A stretch of 64,000 nt of DNA. It comes from Dictyostelium discoideum. Lineage: Eukaryota. The position numbers were made by a program, and so were the translations under genes. Below, one piece after another: positions 25,964 through 55,902 of this stretch. Below the pieces are notes generated by a model. The model was not told the DNA's origin. It ran no database searches and worked only from the letters and a program-made list of their open reading frames with translations. Each line of letters opens with the position of its first letter. Position 1 is the stretch's first letter. The stretch is taken from NCBI GenBank assembly GCA_000004695.1, contig CM000152.2:6144001-6208000 (forward strand). Reading direction: 5' to 3'.

Positions 25964-26765
25964 TAAAGATTAGCTATTATTATTATTATTATTGTTTTTT
26001 TTTTTTTTTTCATTTTTTTTTTCATTTTTTGACCACGAACCAAAGGATATTTTTTTTTTTTTTTTTTTGGTGGTTTCGTGATTACTTTTTTTTTTTTTTT
26101 TATTTTTTTTTTTTTAATTTTATTATTATTATTGATAAAAAAATAAAAGCTTTTTATTTATATTTTTTAAAAAAAAATTAAAAAATTAAAAAAAGTTAAA
26201 TAAAAAAAAAAAAAAAAAAAGAAACTTTACTCAATTTTGATATTTGATTTTTGTGTATGTCAATATTATTTAGTTTTTTCATTTTATGAAATTTGGCATT
26301 TGATAATCAAATTAAGTTGACATTTTTTTTTTTTTTTAATTTTTTTTTCCAAAGTCAGAACAAAACAAAAAAAAAAAAAAAATTGAAAAAAAAAAAAAAA
26401 TTGAAAAAAAAAAAATTAAAAAAAAAAAAAATTAAAAAAAAAAAAAAATAAATTAATTTTAAACAAATTATTTAATAAAAAATTAATATCAATCAATTAA
26501 TTTGTTTCTTTTATCAAAATTATTTTTTTAATTTTTTAAAAAAAATTTTTTTTTTTGTTTTACTCATATTTTTTCATTTTTTTTTTTTTTTTTTTTTCAT
26601 TTATCAAATATCAAATACATACACCCACTCACACTTTTATATCTGCACAAAACGCGTATATATTTTATATATTAAATTTGTTTGTGTATATATATATATA
26701 TATATACATTAAATATATAAATATATAAATATAGTGTATATATATATAAAATTTCGAACGAAAAA

Positions 26766-35193
<8,428 letters not shown>

Positions 35194-35494
35194 TCACCAT
35201 CATCATCGTCATCACAACCACCAACCTGAAATTAATATTCCCAGGAATAATTGGATAAAAAATAAATAAAAAAATAAAATAAAATAAAATTCATTTCTAT
35301 CTATTTATTTCCTTTTTTTATTTTATAATAATTTTTAAAAAAAAAAAAAAAAGTTACCAAGATTGGAATACTCATAAGTAAATAGAAACTCGATCACTGA
35401 AAAAAAAAACAATAAATAACTAATAAACAATAAAAAAAGGAAAACAAAAAATATTCGTGATTAAAAAAAGAGTCAAAGTAAATGGTTTTTTTGA

Positions 35495-39574
<4,080 letters not shown>

Positions 39575-39912
39575 CTTGGATTGGGAAATTAAAAATCAAA
39601 TAATTTGGAAAAAAAAAATAAAAAATAAAAAATAAAAAAAAAAAATGAGAATTAGAAAAACTTGTTCATTCTTGAAAAAACAAAAATAAAAAAATTTGGG
39701 TTGACCACCATCCACATTTTTTAAAAAAAAAAAAGTCAAAAAGTAAAAAATTAAAAATTTAGATATTTGCCAGCATTACTTACCTTCATTTTTTATTTTT
39801 ATTTTTTTATTTTTATTTTTTTTTTTTTTTTTTTTTTTCTTAAAAAAATATCCAATTTATAAAATTTAAAAAATAATATTACTTATTTAAAAGATATTAT
39901 CCTTTATAACTT

Positions 39913-39958
<46 letters not shown>

Positions 39959-40605
39959 TTTATATATAAAATAAATTATTATAAAAAATTAAAATTCACA
40001 CACATGTAAACATACAAACAAATATTTAGTAATTTTATATAAATATAAAATATATTATGATTTAGGGATAGTTTGAGTTATAAAAAAAACAAAAAAAAAA
40101 AAAAAAAAATTTCATTCATGAAAATTTTTTTTTTTTTTTTTAAAAAAATAAAAAAAAAAAAAAAATTAAATAAATAATTTTTTGATTTTTTCACCGTGTT
40201 TTTTTTTTTATATTTTTATTTTTTAATATTTTTTTTATTTTTTTATTTTTTTTAATTACTAATCCCATTCAATTTCTTGGATTATCAAAATATTAGCTTT
40301 ATATGGGTATTCGATAATGCTAATGGATAAATTAAATAATACACTTAAAATTTATAGAGTTGTAAATTTTTCCCAAAAAATAAAAAAAAAAAAAATTATT
40401 TAAACAAATATAAAAAATTAGTATTCATTAATAAAAAAACGATTATAGTCATTTTAACTTTTATTTTTATTATAGGATTTTATTTATTTATTTATTTTAT
40501 TATTATTTTTATTTTTATTTAGTTATTATTTTTTTTTTTTTTTTCTTTTTTTTCTTTATCAATTTATTTAAAATTACTTTCCTTTTCTCTCCAATTATTT
40601 TAATA

Positions 40606-40636
<31 letters not shown>

Positions 40637-40853
40637 GAAAAAAAAAATAGGGAACACCTGAGATTTCAATATTTTTTTGGTTAAAGAAAAAAATAAAAAA
40701 AAAAAAAAGAAAAAAAAAAAAAAAAAAAAAATAATAATAATAAAAAAATAATAATGATAAAAATAATAATAAATTATTAAAAATTAAAAAAAAAATCCAC
40801 ATTACACAAAAGTGATAAAAATCATATTTTATTTCTTAAATCTTTACGGTTGT

Positions 40854-40894
<41 letters not shown>

Positions 40895-41037
40895 AAAATT
40901 ATTTTAAAGATTTAAAGATTTAATTTATATATTATCGGTTTTTAAATTTCAGTTTTTTTTTTTCTCAAATATTTTATTTCAATTTATAATTTTTTATACA
41001 AGAAATAAAATAAAGTACTTATTATTTGAAAAAAAAA

Positions 41038-41081
<44 letters not shown>

Positions 41082-42677
41082 AAATAAATACTGGTTTAAA
41101 ATAATAACTCAGTAAAATTAATAATATTCTGCAATCATAAATTGGTTGAGTTTTATAATAATAATAATAATAATAATAAAAATAAAAATAAATTATAGTA
41201 TAAATAATATTACATACTATCAATAAAATAATTAAAAATAATAAGCATTAAAAAAGGAAAAATTTTAATATAACAACATCAATAGTTAAATTAATTATCC
41301 ACAATTTTCCATATAAGGAATACAAAATATATTTTAATTTTTAAAATTTAATTTCTTTTTCTTATTTTAAATATTTATTTATTTTTTTAATATGTATTTA
41401 TATATATATTTATATATATATTTAAATATTTATTACCAATATAAATATATATATATATATATATAAATATATTTATTATTGGTAACAACACAATGGCAAA
41501 ATTACCTGAAATTTTGCAATACTTTATATGAGCACATCAATCTTGGGGTTAAAAAAAAATTTACATATATGTACACATAAAAAAAAAAAAAAAAAAAAAA
41601 TACCCCCAAACACTTTGGATATAAATAGTAACAAAATTAAATTACTGATGATGAGTATGAATATTTACATTTTTTTATTTAATTGTTTCAAATTTAAAAG
41701 GTTAATATGGATTCAATTTTTAAAATATTGAAATCGGAAATTAAAAAAAAAAACTTCAAATAATATAATATGTTTTTAAAAAATTAATTTAATTATTATT
41801 ATTAAAGATATTAAAAAAAAAAAAAAAAAAGGTTATTTTTGTTTCACCACCAATTATTTTTATCACATAATCTAAATCTAAAACCATCATGTGAATTAGT
41901 AGTAATATCAATATAAAAAATACCACCACCCCCTATCAAATATAATATCACATGTATTAAAAAAAAAAAAAAATAAAAATAAAAAAAAAATAAAAAAATA
42001 AATAATAGGAAAGATTTATGCTTGTTAAATTTTATTTTATTTTTATCATCATCAACAACAACAACAACAACTAACAACAACAATAATAATACTAAACACC
42101 ACTACTTCATAACAATATTATTATTATTTTTATTAATATTTTTATTATTATTATTATTGCTACTATCATGATTCTATACTTTTTTTCGTATACTCTTATT
42201 CTTATTAGGAAATAATTTTATTTCAAAAAAAAAAAAAAAAAAAAACTACAAAAAATAAAGGTGGTGTTGGTGTGTGTGTGTGCTATTTTTTATTTTTTTA
42301 TTTTTTTTATTTACATGTGGGTTTTTGTTTAAATTAAATACAACATGTTCAATTTTATATATATAAAACAGTAATAATCGTTTTTTTCTTTTTCTCCTTA
42401 TTTTTTTAACATAACACAAAAAAAAAAAATAAAAAAAAAAATAAAAAAAAAATAAATTAAAAAAATTAAAAAAACAATAATAATATTAACTTGCACCTAA
42501 ATTTAACTCTTTCAACACACCACACATTTTTCACTTCTTCTTATCACATATCAAATAAAATAGTACTTGATTATGACATTATTCTTGTTATTGTTGATAT
42601 GTGTATATCTGTACATAATATACGAGTGTGTTAATTTGTATAAATAAAATAAATAATGATATTAAAAAAAAAATAAA

Positions 42678-42714
<37 letters not shown>

Positions 42715-43047
42715 TAATAAAATAATAATAATAATTATTAAAAATAGAAAGAAAAAAAAAATTTAATGAGACTTTCATTATTTATATAAATATTTTTTTA
42801 AAAAAAAAAAAAAAATATAAGCAATTATTTGATTTATAATTTTTTTATTTATTTATAATTTTTAATTATTTCACTTAAATACCAAAAATATTTTTCTTTT
42901 ATTTTTTTTGCCTTAAAATAAAATAAAAAAAATAATAATATAAAAAAAAAAATAAAAAAAGAAAAAAATCATTTTATTTAATTATTCCAGTCAAAAAAAA
43001 AATAACTCTAAATCTTTAATCAGAAAAAAAAAAAAAAAAAAAAAAAA

Positions 43048-43114
43048 ATGGAAAATAAATTTTTATCTGGATCATCCGAATTATTTTCATCATTATATAA
43101 TAATACTAATACTA

Positions 43115-43165
<51 letters not shown>

Positions 43166-43434
43166 TTAACAATACTACTACTACTACCACTACTACCACC
43201 AGTAATAATAATTTAAAAAATAATTTTTCAAATAAAAATAATTTTTCATTTAATAATTCAAGCAATTCATTAAGTAGTAGTTTTGGGGTTCCATCTTCAC
43301 CCCCACCACAAAAATTAAATAATAGTGGATATAATTTTAATTCATCTTCATATTCATCATTGGTACCAAATATTAAAAAAAGATCAAATTCATTAGATGA
43401 TAATATGTCTGTTCCAACTTTACAAAATTTTACA

Positions 43435-43484
<50 letters not shown>

Positions 43485-43502
43485 TTCCAATAATAATAGT
43501 TC

Positions 43503-43536
<34 letters not shown>

Positions 43537-44860
43537 TTTAATAATTCACCAACAAGTTCACCAACACCATATGTACCAACGACACCATTAATAAATTCAT
43601 ATCCATCATCACCATTTTTAATAAATCAACAACCATTATCATCGAGTACACCATTTCCATTTAATCATCAACCATATCATATTCATCCATTTACAACACT
43701 TTCATTAAATAATAGTAATGGAATTAATAATAATAATCATAATAATAATCATAATAATTCAAATAATAACAATAATAATAATTCAAATTCAAACTCAAAT
43801 AACCATAATAACCATAATAATAATAATCAATCAATTGTCCCACAATCAATACATTTACAATCAACAACACCTCAAATTCAACCATTATCACTTCAACCAC
43901 CACAACAATTACCAACAATAAATGGACCAACCTCAACTCCACCATCTTCTTCAAATTCTACAACAACAACAACCACTACTACAACAACACCATCTACAAA
44001 TGAAAACTCAAATAATAATAATAATAGTTATAATACTAATAATAATAATAAACCAGAAATTCAATTAATTGATTCTGGTGCAATTTTAGAATGTTTTATT
44101 GAATTGAGAGATTTAGGATCATCAATTTCAAAACAATCTAAAGAGTCAATGGTAAGTGGTGATTTTGCAAATGGATTAGAAAGGATAAAGGTTACTTTAT
44201 CAACATTAACAAATAAAATTGAAACATTGGATCTTTCAATTCAAAATATCATTCAAAATGAACCAAGATCAAGAATTTTTGGAAATTCTTCTGATGAAAG
44301 TAGAGTTCCAGTTTTAACTCGTCCAAGAAGATTTAGAAAATCAAAAGTTAAAAGTAAAGAAAATAATCATCATAATAATAATAACAATAATATTAATAAT
44401 ATTAATATTAATAATAATAATTGTTCAACACCATTATTACAATCACCACAATTATCATCTTCATCACCATCATTAAACTCATCACATGATGGTGATCAAC
44501 ATTTAAGTTCACCTCAATTATCATCTTCAACACCTCAACATAAATCTAATGGTAATGGTAATACTAATAGTACTAATAATAATAAAAGAAAAATTGGTGA
44601 ATTGAAACAATGTACTTCTTGTGGTACAACTTCCTCACCAGAGTGGAGAAAAGGTCCAGCTGGAAATCAAAGTTTATGTAATGCCTGTGGTCTATATTTT
44701 GCAAAATTGGTAAGAAGAGAAGCATCCTTAACTTGGAAACCACAAAGTGTAGTCTCTGTTAATGATCTATTATGTGCTGGAAAAGATCAAAAACAATCAA
44801 ATACAACAAGTCAATTAACAACCTTTATAAATTCTGTTGAACATAACCAGCAAATTTTCC

Positions 44861-44934
<74 letters not shown>

Positions 44935-44956
44935 AATCATCATCATCAACAATTGC

Positions 44957-44989
<33 letters not shown>

Positions 44990-45000
44990 TGCACCATTAA
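43048..45000 (+). CDS. GATA-type zinc-finger transcription factor (650 aa, single exon) with poly-N/Q/T low-complexity regions.
   Basis: 'CTSCGTTSSPEWRKGPAGNQSLCNACGLYFAKLVRRE' is a canonical C-x2-C-x17-C-x2-C GATA finger with a basic tail. Confidence 0.8.
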
Positions 45001-45455
45001 AAAAAAAAAAAAAAAAAGATCATTATCCAAATAAAGCCGATTATTTGCTTCATTTTTAAAATAAATATATCCAAAACAAAAAACAATTATTATTATCCTT
45101 TTATTTTTTTTATTTTATTTTTTTTTTTTTTTTTTAATGGTGCAATTGTTGTTGTTGTTGTAATTGTAAAAAAGAAAGATATAAGAAAAAATTGAAAAAA
45201 AAAAAATATTAATAAAAAGAAAAAAATGATTTGACATCATCATCAAGTAAGTTGAAGGTCGGAAAAAAAAAGTTATTGGTGTTTTTAATCATTTATTTTT
45301 TTGATTAATATTTATTTTTGTTTATATTTTTTTTTTGAATTTTTTCCTAGATGTTTCAAAAAATCAAAAATGTTTTCAAACTTTTTTTTTTTTTTTTTTT
45401 ATTTTTTTTTTTTTTTTATTACAAAACCTAACACCAATACACATAAAAACAAAAA

Positions 45456-46857
45456 ATGCCAAGATATGCCTCAAGAAAACCAATTAAAAAACAAAAAATT
45501 GAATTACCATTACATCTTCCAACATTAGATCCTACAGGTAAATAAAAAATATTTATTTTTAGAAAATTCAATTTAAAATTTGTAATAATATCTAATTTTC
45601 TTTTTTTTTTCTCATTTTTTTTATTTTTTTTTTTATTTTTTTTTTTTAAAAAAAAAAATAAATTAAATAATTATATATAATAGTATTATCAAAATATAAA
45701 TTAATATTTATAGTTGATTTACAATCATTTTCAAATAAATCATGTAATAGAATTTTAAATCAAGCATTATTTAGTAAAGTTAAAGATGAATCAGAAGTTA
45801 TTATATTAGTTATTATTAAAAGTAAATTCTCTCCGATGTGTAGAGAATGTGGTATTGGTAGTCGAGATGATAAATCACTCTTTTTAAAGGACAGATTCAT
45901 TAAAGAAGGTAATGGTAGAGTACTATTTCAATTAGATTCATCAATTAGTAGTTTACTCTATAGAAAAGAACTCTCCAAATACGTTTATAAACATAATACA
46001 AATATAATCATCTTATCAGAAGATAGACAATATGGTTACACTATCATTGGTTCTGATGTACCAAATTATGATACTGAAATCTACAATCAATATTTTGAAA
46101 CTTTTGATCAGCAACAAACAACTCCAACACCGACACCATCATCAAAAGATGATTCTTCATCAACAACTGTTGAAAATGTAACAATAATTGAAAAAGAATT
46201 AACAACACAACATCATAAAACTAAAGATGAACAAATTGAAGAATTACAAATTAAAACATCAAATAAAATTGAAAAATGGATAAAAGATAGAATTGAAAAA
46301 GGTGATATAATAAATTTACCAAAAACTATTGAATCATTGGAAAAGTCTATTCAACCATTTTGTAAGGTAACTCATTGTTTTTCAAATAATGCTGAAATTA
46401 TTAAAAAGTTAACAGAATGTGGTGATATTAAAATTTGTGATACTTGCCAAACTTGTAAACCAACATCAACCAATTTAGAGAACCAATTTTATTTCTCTTA
46501 TTTAAGTTTATCTCAAGAAGATCATAAACAATTCGATTGGTTATTAAAGAAAATCATTACAGAGTATACTAAAACTCCAACAAATCAAGTACCAATACCA
46601 TTAGTAAATATTAATAAATTCACTTTATCAGAGAGAGTAGAAATTAAAACTTCAATAATTATTGATTATTTAATTAAAAATAAAATAATCTCAATAAAAA
46701 ATGATCATCAACAACAACAATCAATTAAAAATAATAATGATATTGATGATTCTAGTAATTTTGAAAGTGGTTTTAGTGATCATTTCTCAACTAATTTAGC
46801 CATATCCTCTTCTTCTTATAAATCAAGTTATTCTTCACCCAGAAAATTAAAAACACC

Positions 46858-46889
<32 letters not shown>

Positions 46890-47092
46890 CTAGTAGTGGT
46901 AGTTACTCTTCACCAAGAAAATTAACAACAAAAGGTTCAACTAATCAAGCTACTTCTACAACCTCAACTCCAAAAAAGAATTATACAAGTTCAAAATATT
47001 CTTACACTTCATCATCAAATAGTAATTACTATGGTAATAATGATGATACTCCAACTTATAAAGGTAAAATCATTTATAATAGTTTTAGTTAG
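45456..47092 (+). CDS. Hypothetical protein of about 487 aa in two exons (45456..45537 and 45714..47092). It has a Ser/Thr-rich C-terminus and no recognised domain.
   Basis: 'ATGCCAAGATATGCC...CCTACAG|GTAAAT' (MPRYASRKPIKKQKIELPLHLPTLDPT), then a 175-bp AT intron, then TTTATAG|TTGATTTACAATCA in frame with the 418-aa ORF (…MCRECGIGSRDDKSLFLKDRFIKEGNGRVLFQLD…). The choice of acceptor is uncertain, since another AG lies at 45683. Confidence 0.45.
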
Positions 47093-47273
47093 TAAAGGTA
47101 TCTCAATTTTTTTTTTTTTTTTTTTTTCATCTAACCCATATCGCACCTTAATATATTTATAAATAAAATTATTATTATTATTATTATTATTTCTTAAAAG
47201 TTTAAAATTATATTTTATTTTTTTTTTGTTTTGTTTTTAAATTAGTAATATTATTAGAAATGATTTTATTTAT

Positions 47274-50070
<2,797 letters not shown>

Positions 50071-50791
50071 TTTTTTTTTTTTTTTTTTTATTTTTTATTT
50101 ATCTTTCACGTTTTTTTATTATTTATTATTTATTATTTATTATTTATTATTGTTGTTACAAGGACTTTTAAAAACTATAATTTTATATTTTTATTTTTAT
50201 TTTTTTTTTTTTTTTTGTTTTTCAAGTTTTTTTAAAAATTAATTTAAAGTGATGTTTAAGTATTTAATTATATTAATATAAAAATAAAAATTGTTTTTTT
50301 TTATTTTTTTTATTTTTTTTATTTTTGTTTTATTTTAATACCTTTTTTTTTTTTTTTTTTTTTTTTTAACAATTAAAATTTTATTTTTAATAATTATAAT
50401 TATAATAAAAATTATGAGATAGGTTATTTTTATTTTTCTTTTTTTTTTTTATTTTTTTTTTTTTATTTTTTTTTTTTTTAAATTGTTATATAAATCAAAT
50501 TTGATTCAAATAATGAACAAACAATTATAATTATGAAAAAAAAAAAAAAAATATAATTATAAAAAAAAAATAAAAATAAAATAAAATTATTAATTCAAAT
50601 TAATTTTTATTGTAATAGGGGGGTGTCCAAATAATTACAAACAACATGTTTTCATATTCAAAAAAAATAAAAAAAAAAAAAATAAAAATAAAAATAAAAA
50701 AATAAAAATAAAAATAAAAATTATTGTGTTATTAAAATTTGTAATAATTTTGTTTTGATGTGTATTCGTTTCAACAAATTAAATTTTTTTA

Positions 50792-50824
<33 letters not shown>

Positions 50825-51316
50825 GGAAAAAATAAAAAAAAAAAATAATAAAAAATAATAAAAATATGTTGAATATAAATCTTTAAAGATTTTAACATCC
50901 CTTATTTTACTTATAGTAATTAAACCATTTTAATTTTTTTTTTTTTTTTTTTTTTCAATTTGAATATAAATATATGTTCATATTTATATAAGTTGAAACA
51001 CATATAAAAAAATATAATAAAACGAATGTTTGCAAAGGGCAAAAATTTTTTGTTTTTTTTTGATTATTTTATTTTTTTTTTTTTTCATTTTCAAAAAATA
51101 AATATCTTTTTTTTTTTTTTTTTTTTTTTATTTTTATTTTTTTATTTTTTTTTAACTGATTTCCACTATTTTATTTTTTTTTTTTTTATTTTTTTTATTT
51201 TATTTTAAATTTTTTGATATTTTCTTCCCACCAACTGTTTTTTTTTCTTTTTTTTTTTTACTCTAAAAATTAATTTCTACACATAAACTTAGATTTAACA
51301 CAGATTTTTTATTAAA

Positions 51317-51451
51317 ATGAACTCTTCAAAGGTAAATTTAATTAATTAATTAAATTTTCTTTATTATCTAGAAAAAAAAATATTATTTTATTTTTATTTT
51401 TATTTTTATTTTTATTTTTATTTTTATTTTTATTTTTATTTTTGGTATTAA

Positions 51452-51485
<34 letters not shown>

Positions 51486-54400
51486 CATTATTGTGAATTA
51501 TAATTTCAAATAATATGTAAAAAAAATAAAAAATAAAATAAAAAAATAAAAAAAAATTAATTACTAAAAATAGGAGATTCAATGGGCACAAACAATATTA
51601 AAACAAAAACAAATAGCAATTAATAGTATTGATGATTTTAGAGATTCTGTTTTATTAATTGAATTATTACAAATTATAACTAATAAAACCATCACAAAAT
51701 ATTTCAAAAAACCAAAAAATAGATTTCAATCAATTGAAAATGCAAGTATAGCTTTAAATTTTATGAAAGATAATTCTTTTCAAATTACAACTTTTTATAG
51801 TCCACAAGGTAAGAAAATAAATTTATTTATTCATTTTTTTTTTTTTTTCAAAAAAAAAAATAAAAGTAAAAAAAAAAAAAAAAAAGATTTGCCACATAAA
51901 ATTACTTTTAATATATCCAAGCACCCCCTCATTTTAACTAATTTTTTTTATTGTTTTTTTTATTTTTTTATTTTTTTTTTTCCTATTAATAGATTTAGCA
52001 GATGGTAATGAAAAATCAATTAAAAGTATAATTTATATTATTTATTTATATGGACATGGTAAACCATTAAGATTAAAAAGAATAAGAAGAAATACAATAG
52101 TTAATAATAGAAAAGTTTTATTAGAAACTTCTTTTTCTTCACCAGATTTAAATAATTTTAGTGAAGAAGAAGAAGATATTGAAGAAGATGATGATGATGA
52201 TGAAGAAGAGATTCAATTAGAATCAATACATGATGATGATGGTGATACAACATCAGAATCAGATATTGGTGAATCATTAAAGAAATCATTTTCAACAGCA
52301 TCAATATCATCAGAAACTGATGGTAATGGAATAAATTCATCAACTGAAAAATTATCACCACCCACATCACCAACTATTTCACCAACATTTGCAACATTTT
52401 GGAGAAAAGAGTCATTAAAGAGTCAATTATCATCATCATTAGGTTCAAATGGTGGTAGTAGAAGATTTAGTGGCGCATTTACAAATAGATCAACTATAAA
52501 TATTAAAAATATTCAAAATAATCAAATGTCAAATTCAATTGGTAGTTTACCAATTGTACCACTACCATCCAATGGAGATGGAGGTGATAGTGGTGGTGGT
52601 GGTGGTAATGGTAGTGGTAGTTCAACACCAACTCAAGGTTGGTTTAAATCTGTTAAAACCGAGGATTCAAATAAAAAGAAATCAATAAAGAAAGTACCAT
52701 TGTTAGTAAAGATATCAGCACCAGATTTTGAAAGATATAATAATGTTGAATTCTTAGGAGCAATTATTAATTGTCAAAGATTTATTAGGGGTTGGATGAG
52801 TAGACGTATATTGAAACAAAGAAAGAAATTTAATTCTCATAGAAATAAATGCTTTAATGAGATTATCACATCAGAGGAATCCTATGTCCAATGTGTTGAG
52901 ATGATAGTCAAGGTGTTCTATCAACAAATCATGTGGAATAATAAAGTTTCACCAAGTCCTTATTTAAAATTAGAAGATATCAATACGATATTCTCAACAA
53001 TAAATCAAATCTATTCATTCAATACTGAGCTATTAACACAATTGAAAAAGGTGGCAGACACATGGAGCCATTACCAAACCGTTGGTAACGTCTTCAATTC
53101 AATGGTACATTATATGAAGCTTTATAAAACATATTGTTTAAATTATGATTCGGCAATCCTGTGTCTACAAAAGGCTAAAAAGAATCAAACATTCAATCTA
53201 TTCATAAAGGCCTGCTTAGACCATCCAGAGAATAAGATGAAACAAAGTTTGGAATCATTATTAATCACAGTGGTACAGAGAATACCAAGATATATCATGT
53301 TGATCAATGATCTACTATCACATACTTGGAAAGATCATCCAGATTATCAAAATCTTCAAACCGCTCTTAATATGGTCCAAACGGTGGCATCTGAAGTCAA
53401 TAGGTCAATTAAAACAGCGGAATCTCAATCAAGGGTATTGGAAATTCAAAAATCGTTAATTGGCTGGTCAGAGGAGAATAATTCAGAATTGGTGCAACCT
53501 ACTAGACTATTCTTAAAACAAGGTGTAATCTTAGATTGTCAATTGGATACTAGATTCTCAAAAGATTTACAACAAATGGTTTATTTCTTATTTAATAATG
53601 CTATACTTATCACTGGTAAAGAGGATTCATCACATTGTTTCAAATTTAAATACTTTTTCGACCTAACTGATCCTTCTACAAAATTAAAAGATATCGATGA
53701 TAATCAAGTTATTAAAAATGCATTCCAATTAATTCTTGGTAAAACTATGGCTTTCTTAGCAACTGAATCTTTATCAGAGAAACAATACCTTTTAAATCAT
53801 ATTCAAACAAATTGTAAAACTAAAATAACTAGACCTTCAACTTTAATATTAGATAGTAATAATAATAATTTAAATAATTCAAGTTCAACATTATTATTAA
53901 ATAGTTCAAGTTCAACATTAACTTTTTCAAATTCATTATTACCACAATTACCTCCTCAACAATCAAATGAAACATCAACAACAACAACAACTACAACAAA
54001 TACACCATCATCAATAACAACAAATACACCATCATCAACAAATCAAGAATTGGAACAACAATTACAAACTGAAAATTTAGATAATAATAATAATAATGAT
54101 AATAATAATAATTTAGATGATAATAATAATGATAATTTAGTTTGTGAAGAAATTTTAAAGAGTTTTGATAGTGATAAAAATTATACAGTATCAATTTTAG
54201 GTACAACAAATTTAAAAGAAGCAGGTAAAAAAGAATATACAGTTTATAATATTTGTATTACAAATGACGAAACTGGTGAAACTATTAATATTACAAAGAG
54301 ATATAGTGAATTTGATTATTTAAATAAAAAGATGAAAAAGAAATTCCCAAATCAGGAGATTAAAGAATTACCAAAAAAACATTTTATAAATTCTTTAGGT

Positions 54401-54555
54401 ACTACTACTGTAGAATCTAGAAGGTTAATGTTGGAAATTTATTTACAACAATTATTTCAAATTGAAATAGTAAGAAAAAGTCAACAACTTAGAAATTTCA
54501 TTGCATCAGTTTCAAATAAAGAAAATATTACTGATAATGATAATATACAGGATTT

Positions 54556-54633
<78 letters not shown>

Positions 54634-54952
54634 GCAACAACAACAACAAACTTCTCATTCATCATTTGAACCATTTTTAAAGAAATTAAAAGAGAATCAA
54701 TTATTGAAAAGGGAGAAATCCTCTGAAAAAAGTTTAGATAAAGTTTTAAAAAAAGAAAAATCTACTGATAAAAATTTAGATAAATCATCATCATTAAAAA
54801 AAGAAAAGTCTGATAGAATATTAAAAAAAGAAAAATCAACTGATAAAAATTTAGACAAGTTAAAGAAAAAGGAAATTGATGGCACCATCACTACTACAAT
54901 AACAACAACAACTGATCAAATTACACCTGATACGAATTCCTCCTCAAATTGA
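51317..54952 (+). CDS. Multidomain Rho-family GEF of about 1,080 aa in 3 exons: 51317..51331, 51574..51808, 51993..54952. Order: calponin-homology domain, IQ motif, DH (RhoGEF) domain, PH-like region, poly-T/N/Q linker, PX domain, Lys-rich coiled tail.
   Basis: CH: 'EIQWAQTILKQKQIAINSIDDFRDSVLLIELLQIITNK…DLADGNEKSIKSIIYIIYLYG'. IQ: 'IINCQRFIRGWMSRRILKQRKK'. DH: 'FNEIITSEESYVQCVEMIV…LLTQLKK…LYKTYCLNYDSAI…LESLLITVVQRIPRYIMLINDLL'. PX: 'YTVYNICITNDETGETINITKRYSEFDYLNKKMKKKFP…LPKKHF…ESRRLMLEIYLQQL'. Introns have GTAAAT/GTAAGA donors and TAG/ATAG acceptors with consistent phases. Confidence 0.7.
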
Positions 54953-55902
54953 TTACTTTAATAAAAAAAAAAAAAAAAAACTTTTATGTATATACAAAAA
55001 AAAAACAAACAATTAATATAATGTGTTCTGAAGAATAAACACAATTTTTTTTTTTTAACAATACCTCTAATTATTTAATGATTATAGTTAAATGAATTTT
55101 CAAACATTTTTATATTTGGAAAGTTTAGTTACCAATATTTGTTTTAAATTTTTTTTTTTTCTAAATTTGTAATTTCTAATTTTGGTTTAATAAAAAGACT
55201 ATTTAATATTAAACATATAACAATTAACAATTTATTTTCCAAAATCTATATTAAAATAAAAATAATAATTGTATTGTAAAACAATAAACTTAAAATTTTA
55301 TTTATTTATGAATATTATTAATTATGGTTTCACTTTAATGAGAAAAATTAAAAATTGAAACCATAATTAATAATATTTATAACATTCTTATATATTATCT
55401 TATTATTTATTATATTTTAAAAAATGAGTTTTTTTTTATTTTATAATAAGTTTCATTTTTTAATATATTTAATTTTTTTATTTTTTATTATAGCTTTTAT
55501 TTAAATTTAATTTATTATATTTTTATATCAATAATTTTGCCTTCTTTTAAGTTTTTTTTTTTTTTTTTTTTTTTTTATTTTTTTTTTAGTATATTTTTTT
55601 TTTTTTTTATATTTTTTTTTTTTTTTTTTTTTTTATATATTTTTTTTTTCTCTATCATCACAACATATACTTATTTTTAATTAATATTATTCATTTAAAT
55701 TAGAAATGCAAGATTTAGAAGAAAAAATTAATAAAATAACAAAAGAAATACAAAATGAAACGGATGAACAAAATAAAAAGAAATTAGAAGAGGATAAAGA
55801 TTTTTTTATTAAACTTAGTTTACTGTTTTATTATTATGTGGTCTTGGTGAACAACTCCGAACTCAAAGAGAATTTTCCATTACAAGCTTTAGGGTTCATA
55901 TT

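Noticed and set aside
40515-42083. ORFs 40515..40802, 40984..41223, 41528..41731 and 41844..42083 in the PHD/GATA intergenic region
   Set aside because: Homopolymer-derived (poly-F/K/Y) translations of A/T runs. No coding-like composition.
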